From IMG/VR virus record IMGVR_UViG_3300011013_000001, positions 1-64,000 of that record: DNA of 64,000 bases; one strand, written 5' to 3'. Numbering within the stretch: the first letter of the stretch is position 1; every line of letters begins with the position of its first letter. The DNA comes from a virus. The translations under genes and the position numbers were made by a program. A model generated the notes under the pieces. The model worked only from the letters and a program-made list of their open reading frames with translations, was not told where the DNA came from and did no database searches. Positions 46,891 through 56,135 of the stretch are shown piece by piece.

Positions 46891-48756
46891 CTATCGCTTG
46901 AACCCGCTCTCTTTCTGCTTACCATTCACCCCTGCGTGTGCTTCGGCCACCGCGTCTAAAGCGCGCTCAACTGCCGACTTTTCACTACCCCGTTGTTTGG
47001 TTTTACCACCAGTGGGGTGACCTGTAAGTCCTTGCTTCTCTTCAACAGGAGCGGGTCCTCTATCTCGTAGTCCTTGACCTTCGCCAAGTCCGGCCATAGG
47101 TTGACCCATTCTAATAGGCATTCCGCCCGGTGGCATTCCGCCACCCATAGGTGCCCTACCCGGTGGCATTCCGCCCGGTGGCATTCCGCCCGGTGGCCGA
47201 GCGCCCATAGGCATTCCGCCCGGTGGCATTCCACCCATAGGCATCGGCGGTGGCATTCCGCCACCCATCATTGGGGGAGCGCCACCCGGAGTAGGGGCAC
47301 CCGGTGGAGCCGCTCCCGCCTGTTCTTCAGGCTTCTTGTATATGAACCGTATATCCCGCGCCGCATCTTCTTTGAGTATAGGCTGGAACCCGAGTTGCAT
47401 CATCCTCTGAGCGACATTGACTTCCATTTCATCACGACGTAGTCGTGTCACATCGTCCTCTTCCTCATTCGGGTATAACGTAACTTTCCAATCAGTCACA
47501 CCCATTTCATTCATTATACGTGGGAACAAGTCACGCGTGTATATCTTCTGACCGAACTCTACTGCGCGATTAGTGACAAGAATCTGCATACCTTCGTTGT
47601 TCAAACCACCTCCTTTACCCGTATCCATCATGAAGATATTAGATACACCGTAGAAGGCTGCGATTCGTGTTCTAATTTCATCGCGGACTTGGGCATACTG
47701 CATCTCATCTAGAGAATCCATAAACCGCACGAACTCAACTTTACCGCGACCTGTCGCAGACTCAACACCAACTTTAGGAATATAGTGAGGGTCACGCTCC
47801 ATTTTTTCTTCGGCACCTTTCCAAAACGATGCGGTAGATTGGATATTATCAGTAGTAATAGCAAGAATACCGCGCGGGATTCGGCGTTTTGAGTAAGCGA
47901 GATACATGTAGTTATCCATAGCGGTAAGGGTCATCGCCTGACGCCACATTGTAGCAACGGGTGAGCGTCCGTAGAGTTTGGACGGATTGTATTTAGAGAT
48001 ATGAATAACCTCGCCTTCAATATAGTATTGGGTCTTACCTGCGCCCGCGCTGTTAACGAAATGAACATCTTGGAGAGGTAGATTGCATTTCTCGCAAAAC
48101 TCGTATTCTTCAGTATGAGGGTAGGTTTTGTCACGGCATCCCGCTCTCAAACAGATGAGCCAGCGCCCGCCACGCGAACCTCTCTTGTCAGCGACAAGTC
48201 TCATGAAGGTAGGGTCGGAGCGCGCTAAACTTTTCACCCGATAAAACTCAACGTCACCTGATTTTTCGTCAATAAAATACTCTTTCTCAAGCACGAGGAA
48301 GGCATCATCTACAATATCCAAATCCCATTCAACCTCTCTCATAACGTCAATGAAAGATTGGTCTTGCTCGTTACGCTGTTTGAATAACCACTTTGGGTAC
48401 AGAAGTTGGTCAACGTCAGGCTCTTGAGTTTCACTACCACATAACTCACATTCAAGCACGTCATGTTGATATTCTTCTTCGCATTCTGTACATTTTCGGT
48501 GAAACTCTTTCTCCCAATAATATCCGCGCCGAAAAATCTCCTGAGCGAGCGTATTGATTGTAGTACGGAGGATAATAGATTCTTGCACAGTAGCGTACAG
48601 AGCGGGAATAGTAACACCCTGAACGAGCACCGGTTCTTGGATTCCGCTTTTCCATAGCGGCATCATAGGCTGAGGAGTACTGCTTCGCCTGAACGGTTTT
48701 CCAAGAGCAGAGAGGAACCGCCCGATTCGTGATTTCTCCTCAGCACCTTCAGGCAT
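46891..48756 (-). CDS. portal protein with inserted zinc ribbons and C-terminal GGMP-repeat tail
   Basis: 621-aa ORF one small gene and one LAGLIDADG gene downstream of the large terminase. Size and core are consistent with a portal. It contains CTEC-x11-CELC and C-x4-C...CEKC insertions. Confidence 0.75.
   Translation of the reverse strand: MPEGAEEKSRIGRFLSALGKPFRRSSTPQPMMPLWKSGIQEPVLVQGVTIPALYATVQESIILRTTINTLAQEIFRRGYYWEKEFHRKCTECEEEYQHDVLECELCGSETQEPDVDQLLYPKWLFKQRNEQDQSFIDVMREVEWDLDIVDDAFLVLEKEYFIDEKSGDVEFYRVKSLARSDPTFMRLVADKRGSRGGRWLICLRAGCRDKTYPHTEEYEFCEKCNLPLQDVHFVNSAGAGKTQYYIEGEVIHISKYNPSKLYGRSPVATMWRQAMTLTAMDNYMYLAYSKRRIPRGILAITTDNIQSTASFWKGAEEKMERDPHYIPKVGVESATGRGKVEFVRFMDSLDEMQYAQVRDEIRTRIAAFYGVSNIFMMDTGKGGGLNNEGMQILVTNRAVEFGQKIYTRDLFPRIMNEMGVTDWKVTLYPNEEEDDVTRLRRDEMEVNVAQRMMQLGFQPILKEDAARDIRFIYKKPEEQAGAAPPGAPTPGGAPPMMGGGMPPPMPMGGMPPGGMPMGARPPGGMPPGGMPPGRAPMGGGMPPGGMPIRMGQPMAGLGEGQGLRDRGPAPVEEKQGLTGHPTGGKTKQRGSEKSAVERALDAVAEAHAGVNGKQKESGFKR
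47110..47320 (-). repeat. coding tandem repeat, ~15-nt unit GGCATTCCGCCCGGT (encodes PGGMP)
   Basis: Read directly. It encodes GGMPPPMPMGGMPPGGMPMGARPPGGMPPGGMPPGRAPMGGGMPPGGMP. Confidence 0.85.
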
Positions 48757-48931
48757 CTTCTTCGCCTCCGCCCATTAACTGTTGAATAAGTTTCATGGCT
48801 TGCTTCATCCCTTCTTCGTGACCTTGCGGTCCATCATACTCGTCGCCGGGGTCATCATCCACCGGTGAATCAGACTTGCCTTTCGGTTTGATTGAGATTC
48901 GCATAACAGCCACTCCCTTCGGTTTGCTCAT
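48749..48931 (-). CDS. small acidic protein
   Basis: 60-aa ORF with ATGA coupling upstream and an 8-nt overlap downstream. The C-terminal GMKQAMKLIQQL is a degenerate look-alike of the tag. Confidence 0.5.
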   Translation of the reverse strand: MSKPKGVAVMRISIKPKGKSDSPVDDDPGDEYDGPQGHEEGMKQAMKLIQQLMGGGEEDA

Positions 48932-50424
48932 TCAAGCACCCCCAAAAGTCGCTCGGCTTCAACGCCAAGAGATATGACTTCAGGGTCTCGCACCAACCAT
49001 TTTTCCACCGTCTCCACGTCTACGCCCCATTCTGCGAGTAGGTCGTCACTCTTTGTGTCTTTCCAATTTTCCCATTTCACGACACGCTGTAATTCAGTCT
49101 TTCTCGCTTTAGCGATTGACTCACGACCAAGTTCCACAAGTTCAAGCACTGCGTCTGCCTGTCGCTTTTTGAGTTCAAGATGAGGGCGTATTCCGGTCAA
49201 TAACTTCCGCAAATCGTCTTTGGAATAAAACTGAAGACGATGTTGTGACCTACGACTATTCTTGTGAACCTTCAAATCAAGTTGTAATACACCGCATCCT
49301 AACGCTTTGTACAAGTTTTCACAGTGGGTTTTACCGCGCGCGCCTGTTGCTATAATCCCAGCACGAGGTTCTCCGCGTTTTGTGATAGTGATATACCCGT
49401 CAGCATCAAGGAAACCGGCAGCATAGGCCCAAACGTCTTTAACGATAATAACTCCTTTACTGTCTTCCACTCCCCACTTATCTCTTGTGACTTTACCGAT
49501 ACCGTATTCATCACCATAAGTTTTGAGTAGCGCTCCAATCTTGGCTGTAGTAATTCCAAAATTGTCACCCTTCTCTACAATATCCTCAGTGATAGACCGA
49601 GTGCTCATCACTCCCTTATCTGCCAAACTGTTAGCGGCATTAGTTAACCACACAACTTCGTGTTTGTTCAGGGTGTCAATTTGGTGCAAGGTATTACGCC
49701 ATTGTTTTTTAGCATCCTTTTTGAGTTGAGTCGCTTTGACCCATTCCTGTTGCTCAGTTTCACCCCAAACCCCTTCATGGTCACTAAGTCGCTTAATGAC
49801 TCCATCAGCCTTCTCCCACGACACACAAGCGCGCCGTAGTCCGACCTCTCTCCCTTGGGCGTGTTTCCTTAGAGCAGTGAGATTGCGGTCTGATAACCCG
49901 AGTTCACGAATCGCCCCGATGTGGCCTTCCGCCCACGGTATTGCTTTGAGAGTATCTTCTACTTCCATTCGCTTCATCAGCCGAATCGCATCAATAGCGT
50001 CGTCAATATCAGTTTTGAACTCTTTATGGACACGGCGCGCTCGTCTCAAATCCTTAACGATTTTCTCTGCTCCTTTACCAAAATAGGTATCAAACCATCC
50101 TGCGCCTGAATCAGGGAACGATAATTGGATTTGGTCTTGCTGAGCGGCTTGCATCCCAAGCGCTCCCGCAGTTTGCATAAGTTTCTGTCTACGCTTCTCT
50201 TCCTCTTCAGGGTTAGCCAGCCCCTCGTTAGTTTTCGGGGCGAGAGTGCCTTCTCCTTCGGAAGTAGCGCTCGGCCCATCGCCTATCGCTCCGGGCGTCA
50301 CTCTTTCTCCCGCTTTAGCGAAGAGCGGGTGCTGAGCAAGATGTTTCACCACCAAAGCGGTGTCCTCATCTAATCCAGCCACCGGTGCGTCATACTCGTC
50401 CCCAATCAATGTACTACCCCACAT
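48928..50424 (-). CDS. LAGLIDADG-domain protein (single-motif homing-endonuclease-like C-terminal domain)
   Basis: 498-aa ORF. AAGFLDADGYITI lies at 49393-49422, followed by ~120 aa typical of one LAGLIDADG half-domain. TAATG overlap with the terminase gene. Confidence 0.7.
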   Translation of the reverse strand: MWGSTLIGDEYDAPVAGLDEDTALVVKHLAQHPLFAKAGERVTPGAIGDGPSATSEGEGTLAPKTNEGLANPEEEEKRRQKLMQTAGALGMQAAQQDQIQLSFPDSGAGWFDTYFGKGAEKIVKDLRRARRVHKEFKTDIDDAIDAIRLMKRMEVEDTLKAIPWAEGHIGAIRELGLSDRNLTALRKHAQGREVGLRRACVSWEKADGVIKRLSDHEGVWGETEQQEWVKATQLKKDAKKQWRNTLHQIDTLNKHEVVWLTNAANSLADKGVMSTRSITEDIVEKGDNFGITTAKIGALLKTYGDEYGIGKVTRDKWGVEDSKGVIIVKDVWAYAAGFLDADGYITITKRGEPRAGIIATGARGKTHCENLYKALGCGVLQLDLKVHKNSRRSQHRLQFYSKDDLRKLLTGIRPHLELKKRQADAVLELVELGRESIAKARKTELQRVVKWENWKDTKSDDLLAEWGVDVETVEKWLVRDPEVISLGVEAERLLGVLE

Positions 50425-51818
50425 TAGTCAATCAGCCCCGCCATAATCTCGTCCAAATCTATAACTCGTTCTCTGAACTCAGTCGTGGCCCAATTAGCGA
50501 GCGCGAGCGCTATTACGAAATCGTCGTGTCGGCCTATGCTCTCTAACCTTCCGCCTCTACTCATCCCAAACATTATCAGTTCGTTTTCCAAGATTCGCGT
50601 CATTTCTCGGCTCTGTTCTTCAGCGTACGGCATTCTTACCTGTTCGCGCTCAAATCGTAGAACCAAGCCCATTAGTAAGGACTGCCTCTTAGTTTTGGAC
50701 GAAATGAAAGTCTTGATTGGTAGGTCGGTATTCGCCCGAAGTTCAGTAGCGAAAACTCGCTGAAAATGGTTAGCCTCAAGTTCTATCACTTCCGGCCGGA
50801 ACTTAGCATTCAATCGCTGAATCTCCATAATCTGAGTCCTGAAATCCATAGCCTTGCGCCGAACATAATGAACAATCTCAAGGTTAGGCGAATCAGGGGG
50901 TTTGCGTAGAACTACCATCACTGTATAATCAGCGCTCCGGTCAGACGAAATCGCCGGGTCCCAGCCGATGAAATACTGCGCTTCATCATCCTCTTCCGGT
51001 CTACGCGGGATTATACACAGGCTGTTATCTCTGCAAGGTTGAAGAATAGTAGTAGGGAACAGGCTTGAAGAATCATCAATCGGTTCACACAGATATTCCC
51101 GAGCGAACGATACTGCTGTCATATCCTTTCGTCTTTCGTCTAGCGCATCTAAATCCCATCGTTCAGGCCATAACGGTTCGCCTTTCTCGTTGATTGCCGG
51201 CCAAGTTTCCACGATGTACCCTTCTTTGCTTTCAAGTTCGGTGTAAAGGTCAGTCGGAGTAAACGGTGTTCCTACTATCATCAATTTCCCGCTGTGATGC
51301 AGCGTGGGAATCATGACTTCGTAGTACCAAGTCGCTACCTTTTTCAGTTCGCTTTCAGTAGTACCCCATAGAATATCGTCACAAAGAATGATGTTAGGGT
51401 GAGCACCACGAACCGCTCCGCCGACCGACTTAGCGGTAATGCGCGACCCGTTAGTGAACCCAAAATAAGTTTTAGCCCACGCGTCTTTTGAGCGCAGGTG
51501 TCGCAGAATCGGTGTCATCATTATCATTTCGTCTATGAATCGCATGTGGCGGATAGTTTGGTCCAGCGAGTGAGAGAAAATAATTGCATCAGTCCGTTCT
51601 TCAAAGGTCACCTTCCATAGTAGGTAACACAAAAACAGTACAGACTTACCATGGTCACGCGACGCTTTCACACAATACCGGTCCTCTTTGTTGAGTTGTT
51701 CAACCCAATGAGCGTGATGGCGAGCGAGTTGCCACCCGAGAATATCTTGAAAAAAGAACGTAAAATCCTTTTTTGACATCTCCCAATCTATCTCAAGGAT
51801 TGGGTCGTCAAACTGCAC
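50424..51818 (-). CDS. terL: terminase large subunit
   Basis: 464 aa. Walker A-like CVKASRDHGKS and Walker B-like IILCDDILW. The RNaseH-like nuclease half reads IGWDPAISSDRSADYTVMVVL ... DDFVIALALANW. Confidence 0.92.
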   Translation of the reverse strand: MQFDDPILEIDWEMSKKDFTFFFQDILGWQLARHHAHWVEQLNKEDRYCVKASRDHGKSVLFLCYLLWKVTFEERTDAIIFSHSLDQTIRHMRFIDEMIMMTPILRHLRSKDAWAKTYFGFTNGSRITAKSVGGAVRGAHPNIILCDDILWGTTESELKKVATWYYEVMIPTLHHSGKLMIVGTPFTPTDLYTELESKEGYIVETWPAINEKGEPLWPERWDLDALDERRKDMTAVSFAREYLCEPIDDSSSLFPTTILQPCRDNSLCIIPRRPEEDDEAQYFIGWDPAISSDRSADYTVMVVLRKPPDSPNLEIVHYVRRKAMDFRTQIMEIQRLNAKFRPEVIELEANHFQRVFATELRANTDLPIKTFISSKTKRQSLLMGLVLRFEREQVRMPYAEEQSREMTRILENELIMFGMSRGGRLESIGRHDDFVIALALANWATTEFRERVIDLDEIMAGLID

Positions 51819-51820
51819 AT

Positions 51821-53131
51821 TTACTCACCTTTCAGCAAGTAATCCCAAGCGTGGTCTATCGCGTCAAAAGAAGTCTGAACAGCGGTCGGGTCTATACCCA
51901 AAGCGCGTTGAGCACCAACCCATCGCCCGCCTTTCCAACCTTTCATTCCAGCCTTCTCGGGGTCGTAAGCCTCCCCTGCTACCATTCGTTCTCGGATTAT
52001 ATCCGCAAGTTCAGGGTCGTTCGCATGAGAGCCTTCCCAAGCGCGTTTTACTCCACCGCTTAACTTACCCCATTGTTCAGGTGTCCACCCATGAGTCTGA
52101 GAGGCGTCTCCTGTAGTCGTCTCTTGCGCCCCGCCCGGCGTAGGTATTGGTATAGGTATCTCAGTATCTTGAGCCTGCGTAGGGTGATTATCGTACAAAG
52201 AAGTCTGTTGAGAGCCGGAACCTTGGTGCGGACTCACATTGATTTCAGGTTCTAGTCCGGGTAAATTGAGTTGAACATTACCAAGGTTGTTCCCGTCAGA
52301 TTGTCCCTGAGTATAATCCCCTTGACCCACGTTCCGCGGTTGCCCTACATTGGATGGAGTCATGCCTTGTTCAAGAGTTGTCGGAAGCGGTACCCGCTCA
52401 CCGGGCAAGTTCCGTGTCGCTTGGTACCCGCGTTCCGCGGTCTGTTCAGGAGTTTCAAACTGCTGAGCAGCATTTACTGCTGATGCCGCAGCATCCTTGA
52501 CCCCTCCCCATGCCTTGCGACCCCAATCTTTTACGCCGACACGACCTGCATCTTCGTCGCCATGCCACGCGTCTTTCACCTGAGCGGCTCCGGCGTCTAA
52601 TTTCTTACCTGCCACTTGCCAACCCGCTTTCGCTCCTCGGCCCATCGCTCTCGCTCCTTGGCCCATCGCTCCTAACGCTTGCTTGAGTCTACCCGGTCCG
52701 CCTTGCTGTAAAGCACCAAACTGCTGCTCGTACGCCTGAACAGGAGACGAGCCGGGGGCCATACCTTGCATCTGTCGGGCTAATTGCGGTTGAGTCCCTT
52801 GCATTGAGTGCCCGTAAGCACCACCTGACATTTCGTATTGAGGTTTACCAAGTCCGAAAAATCTGCCGGGTTTTGAAGTAACGCGCATTTGTTGCAACTG
52901 CTGAGGGTCTATGCCTTGAAGCCCGAGTTGTGGGTTACCATACATTTGCGCTTGCGCTGGCGAAGGAGTTTGAGCCATTTGGTTCTTCAGAAGAGAGTCG
53001 CCACACCAAACCCACTGTTCAACTTCGCGCGAAAAGTTCGCTTTCAGCATAACGGTAGCAACCGCTTCCGCTTCGTCCTCATATATCATCAAAACGTCAA
53101 ACTCACTCTTCAATAATTCGTAACTGTTCAC
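51821..53131 (-). CDS. Gln/Gly/Met-rich low-complexity protein with C-terminal AIDHAWDYLLK tag
   Basis: 436-aa ORF. The tag ends 2 aa before the stop. Confidence 0.7.
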   Translation of the reverse strand: MNSYELLKSEFDVLMIYEDEAEAVATVMLKANFSREVEQWVWCGDSLLKNQMAQTPSPAQAQMYGNPQLGLQGIDPQQLQQMRVTSKPGRFFGLGKPQYEMSGGAYGHSMQGTQPQLARQMQGMAPGSSPVQAYEQQFGALQQGGPGRLKQALGAMGQGARAMGRGAKAGWQVAGKKLDAGAAQVKDAWHGDEDAGRVGVKDWGRKAWGGVKDAAASAVNAAQQFETPEQTAERGYQATRNLPGERVPLPTTLEQGMTPSNVGQPRNVGQGDYTQGQSDGNNLGNVQLNLPGLEPEINVSPHQGSGSQQTSLYDNHPTQAQDTEIPIPIPTPGGAQETTTGDASQTHGWTPEQWGKLSGGVKRAWEGSHANDPELADIIRERMVAGEAYDPEKAGMKGWKGGRWVGAQRALGIDPTAVQTSFDAIDHAWDYLLKGE

Positions 53132-54873
53132 GAGAACACCACCTTTACCGCTCCGACCACAGAGGGTGTTACTTGAAACACTTTCGCTACGCGATGCCAG
53201 TCACCTGTGGCTGAATACAACCCTAAAACGTCTGTATTAGTAAGACCGAGTTTACTCGCCATGAGCGAAACGTCGTTGGTATTATTGACACTGAGACTAT
53301 CGTAGTTGGGTAAGTGTTTGCTTACCTCTATACTCTTTCGTGCGTCAGCCAACTGAATCTCCTCCATCGCTTTAAGAATACGAGAAGCAGGGTCGTCAGA
53401 CCGATAAATCATTTGAGGTACAGGTTGGGGAGTATAAGCAAACTGTTGTTCAGGCGCAGGTGGGGCGACAGGTTCGGGCGCAGCCTGTTGAGGGACCGGT
53501 ATTGGTATCCTATCAGCAGGCGGTTCACGAGAAAGCGCTTCAAGTTCGCGCGGAGCGAGACCTGCAAGAGAGTGCAATTCCATAGCATGCTCGTCTTCAC
53601 CCGGTTCTATCGGTTGCTGAGCGGAATGGTGAACTTCGTCAGGCATAGCCGCTCCCCAATCGAAAGGTTGACCACCACCACGCTCTTCAGCGACAACAGG
53701 TGCTATTTTAGCCCAATTCTCTACTACCCCCTCGTTGACATTGTCCCACGACCCGAAATCAGACAGGTCGTCTCCTATTTGGTTAGCGGTGAACAGTAAA
53801 GCAGCGAGTTCTCGCCCCTTTTTCGCTCCGCGTCCTTTCCATTCAGGATTAGTCTGAACGTGTGAGTGGATTGTGTTATAAGTTTCAGCGTTTTTGCCAC
53901 CAATATCTAATCTGCGAGATAAATCACCTATCAAAGATTCTAGTCTGCCTCGTCCCTGCCCGATTAGCAGTTGCCCGACAGCGGACCCTGCCATATTGTC
54001 CAATAATTCGGGGTCTTGGATACCATATTCTTCACTCAATCTCTCTTTCTGCTTTTTAGGAACACCGCTACCCGCTTTCTCCCAAAAGGCAGGCGGTAGT
54101 TTAGGCGAATCTCCTTCACCAAACAAGATATTGAACGGGTCGGCTGCTGGTAACCCTCGCGTTTGGTTGTGCATTCGCTGGACCGGTCGCGTAACGTGTT
54201 CACCCGGCCCCGGTCCTGTACTTTGATGTCTATACACGTGATTATTGGTCATTGTACCGGGTTCAATATGCGGTTTCTTGAGAACTGAAGGAACGTAACC
54301 CAACAACTCTTGCGCCTGCGCCTGCATTTGCCTGTAAGCGAAGTTTGTACCGCTTTCCGCGTGTTGCCCGAACTCTTCGTGCTCTTTCGCTCTCGCAAAG
54401 AAGTTCACTTGTCGTCCGTCTTCAGTTTTGGTACGCCGGTCGTGAGTATCAACATCATGCCCTTGATATTCAGGCGTAACTGTAACATGAGCGTAATCAG
54501 GATGCAGGTTACCGTTTTTATCAAATACCGGGTTAAGATGATGATTTTTGTCGTGATGTTCATCATTAAACTGATTATGTCCGCCGTTTATCACGTCTTC
54601 TGCCATTTTCAATGCATCATGGCTACTTAAGTTGTGTTTTCCCATGACATCACGAGCGATTTCGTCGCGTAGCGCCTCCATCGGCCACTTATGTTCAATA
54701 TCAGTACGAACATCACCCGTGCGAGGGTCATGGAAGAACGGGTTGTAGTTAGCACCGGGTTTCGCTGCATGCTCGCGAGCGAGAATGAAAGACTGGCCTG
54801 TATCGGGGAACTGAGCGACCACTCCTTGCCCTTTAATGAGCGAAACGTTTGTGCCTCTCACTAAAACTCTCAA
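53128..54873 (-). CDS. hypothetical His-rich protein
   Basis: The ORF track starts at 54918. I prefer the TTG at 54873, which overlaps the upstream TGA (TTGA) and lies ~6 nt after AAGGAGAGGA. Confidence 0.65.
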   Translation of the reverse strand: MRVLVRGTNVSLIKGQGVVAQFPDTGQSFILAREHAAKPGANYNPFFHDPRTGDVRTDIEHKWPMEALRDEIARDVMGKHNLSSHDALKMAEDVINGGHNQFNDEHHDKNHHLNPVFDKNGNLHPDYAHVTVTPEYQGHDVDTHDRRTKTEDGRQVNFFARAKEHEEFGQHAESGTNFAYRQMQAQAQELLGYVPSVLKKPHIEPGTMTNNHVYRHQSTGPGPGEHVTRPVQRMHNQTRGLPAADPFNILFGEGDSPKLPPAFWEKAGSGVPKKQKERLSEEYGIQDPELLDNMAGSAVGQLLIGQGRGRLESLIGDLSRRLDIGGKNAETYNTIHSHVQTNPEWKGRGAKKGRELAALLFTANQIGDDLSDFGSWDNVNEGVVENWAKIAPVVAEERGGGQPFDWGAAMPDEVHHSAQQPIEPGEDEHAMELHSLAGLAPRELEALSREPPADRIPIPVPQQAAPEPVAPPAPEQQFAYTPQPVPQMIYRSDDPASRILKAMEEIQLADARKSIEVSKHLPNYDSLSVNNTNDVSLMASKLGLTNTDVLGLYSATGDWHRVAKVFQVTPSVVGAVKVVFS

Positions 54874-56135
54874 GGTTGTCCTCTCCTTGCTACGATTCCG
54901 TATGAGTGCGCCCCCCAAGTAGTGGCATCGTCTTCCGGGTCAGATTCGGTTGCACCCTTCGGGTCGGAAGTCTGTTTGTTGTGACCGCGCGGTGACGGAC
55001 CTTCAGCGTCGTCACCACAGCCAACGTCATACCCTTTCTTCAACTGACTGAGCAATCTCTTGGCATCGCGTAATAACTGTTTGAACTCAGCAACATCGGC
55101 CTGACGAATCTTGGCTTTTCCTGCAAAGAACTTCAGAAGAAGTCCGTCAAGTTCCATTACGTCTTCACTAAGAGCGAGAGGCGAAGTACCACCTGTCCCG
55201 AACCCGGCACCCATGGGTGTAGAAGCGGTACGAGGCTGCTTAATCTGCTTAGGACCCAGCAAAGCAGATGGGCGGTCGTCGCCCCGCTTACTACGAGGAC
55301 GCCCGTACCGCTGAGGCGTGGCTGTCGGAGTCATTGGTCGCATTGGAGCGGTGTACGGTAAAGCCTGCGGCATTTCCTGACTCATATACCGTTGAGTAAG
55401 TCGCGCTTCACGCTGACGTGGGTCAGGCATAGCGATATGCGCTCGCCGTCCTCCTACACCCCTGAACAGTGGCCCGGTCACTCGTGGCCTGATTGCCCCG
55501 TGTCGCGGGTTATAGTGAACTCTATGCCTAACATGAGACCCGGCTCGCTTCTTCGGGTCACGGAACGAAACGTTTAGCCGTTTACCGCCACGCTGTCTTC
55601 TATGACTTTCTACAAACCCATGCTTCTTGTGTCGTTTCGCCTTCCCGCCTCGCAGTTTAGACCGAGTTGATTCAAGAGTTTCAGTGTCTTCGCGTTTAAG
55701 AACATCAAACGCTCTAACGAACGCTCCACCTTGACCGAAATTACCAGTACCGGGAAGTTCGGGCGGAACCGCTCCGACACCACCACCCATCGCTGAACCG
55801 GTGCCGGTCATGGTACCGACTGCATTGTCTAAGTCGCCACCGCGCGAACCTGCCGGTCCTGTAAGGTCGGACAGTTCACCTGTCTCCTTCTGCGCTTCGT
55901 TTAGTTCGCGTTTTACGTTCTTAACTTTGACTTTCAAGTGCTGGATACCCGCTTTCGCTCGGTCACGTTTTTCCCTTTTGTCACGCTTGTCGTCCAAATC
56001 GTTCTGCTTTTCGTCAGAATCACGAGGATTGTAAGCGGTATGCGATACACCATAACCTAACTCATCACCAGCAGTCTCTCGCGGGTTATACCGCAATCCA
56101 CTCGTTCCGCCCGAGCCACCTGAAGTCATTGGCAT
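54870..56135 (-). CDS. strongly basic (Arg/Lys/His/Gly-rich) protein
   Basis: 421-aa ORF with long R/K/H-rich runs. AAGGTGATgacga precedes the ATG. Confidence 0.7.
   Translation of the reverse strand: MPMTSGGSGGTSGLRYNPRETAGDELGYGVSHTAYNPRDSDEKQNDLDDKRDKREKRDRAKAGIQHLKVKVKNVKRELNEAQKETGELSDLTGPAGSRGGDLDNAVGTMTGTGSAMGGGVGAVPPELPGTGNFGQGGAFVRAFDVLKREDTETLESTRSKLRGGKAKRHKKHGFVESHRRQRGGKRLNVSFRDPKKRAGSHVRHRVHYNPRHGAIRPRVTGPLFRGVGGRRAHIAMPDPRQREARLTQRYMSQEMPQALPYTAPMRPMTPTATPQRYGRPRSKRGDDRPSALLGPKQIKQPRTASTPMGAGFGTGGTSPLALSEDVMELDGLLLKFFAGKAKIRQADVAEFKQLLRDAKRLLSQLKKGYDVGCGDDAEGPSPRGHNKQTSDPKGATESDPEDDATTWGAHSYGIVARRGQP

Noticed and set aside
46956-47442. ORFs with repetitive ECHR / HSARW peptides (46956-47264 minus, 47074-47442 plus)
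   Set aside because: These are alternative-frame readings of the 15-nt GGMP-coding tandem repeat in the portal gene. They are not independent genes and not a CRISPR array, since there are no unique spacers.
50424-51818. Possible intein in the large terminase, given the adjacent LAGLIDADG gene
   Set aside because: The terminase is normal in length (464 aa), with contiguous Walker and nuclease motifs. The LAGLIDADG domain is in a separate downstream ORF.
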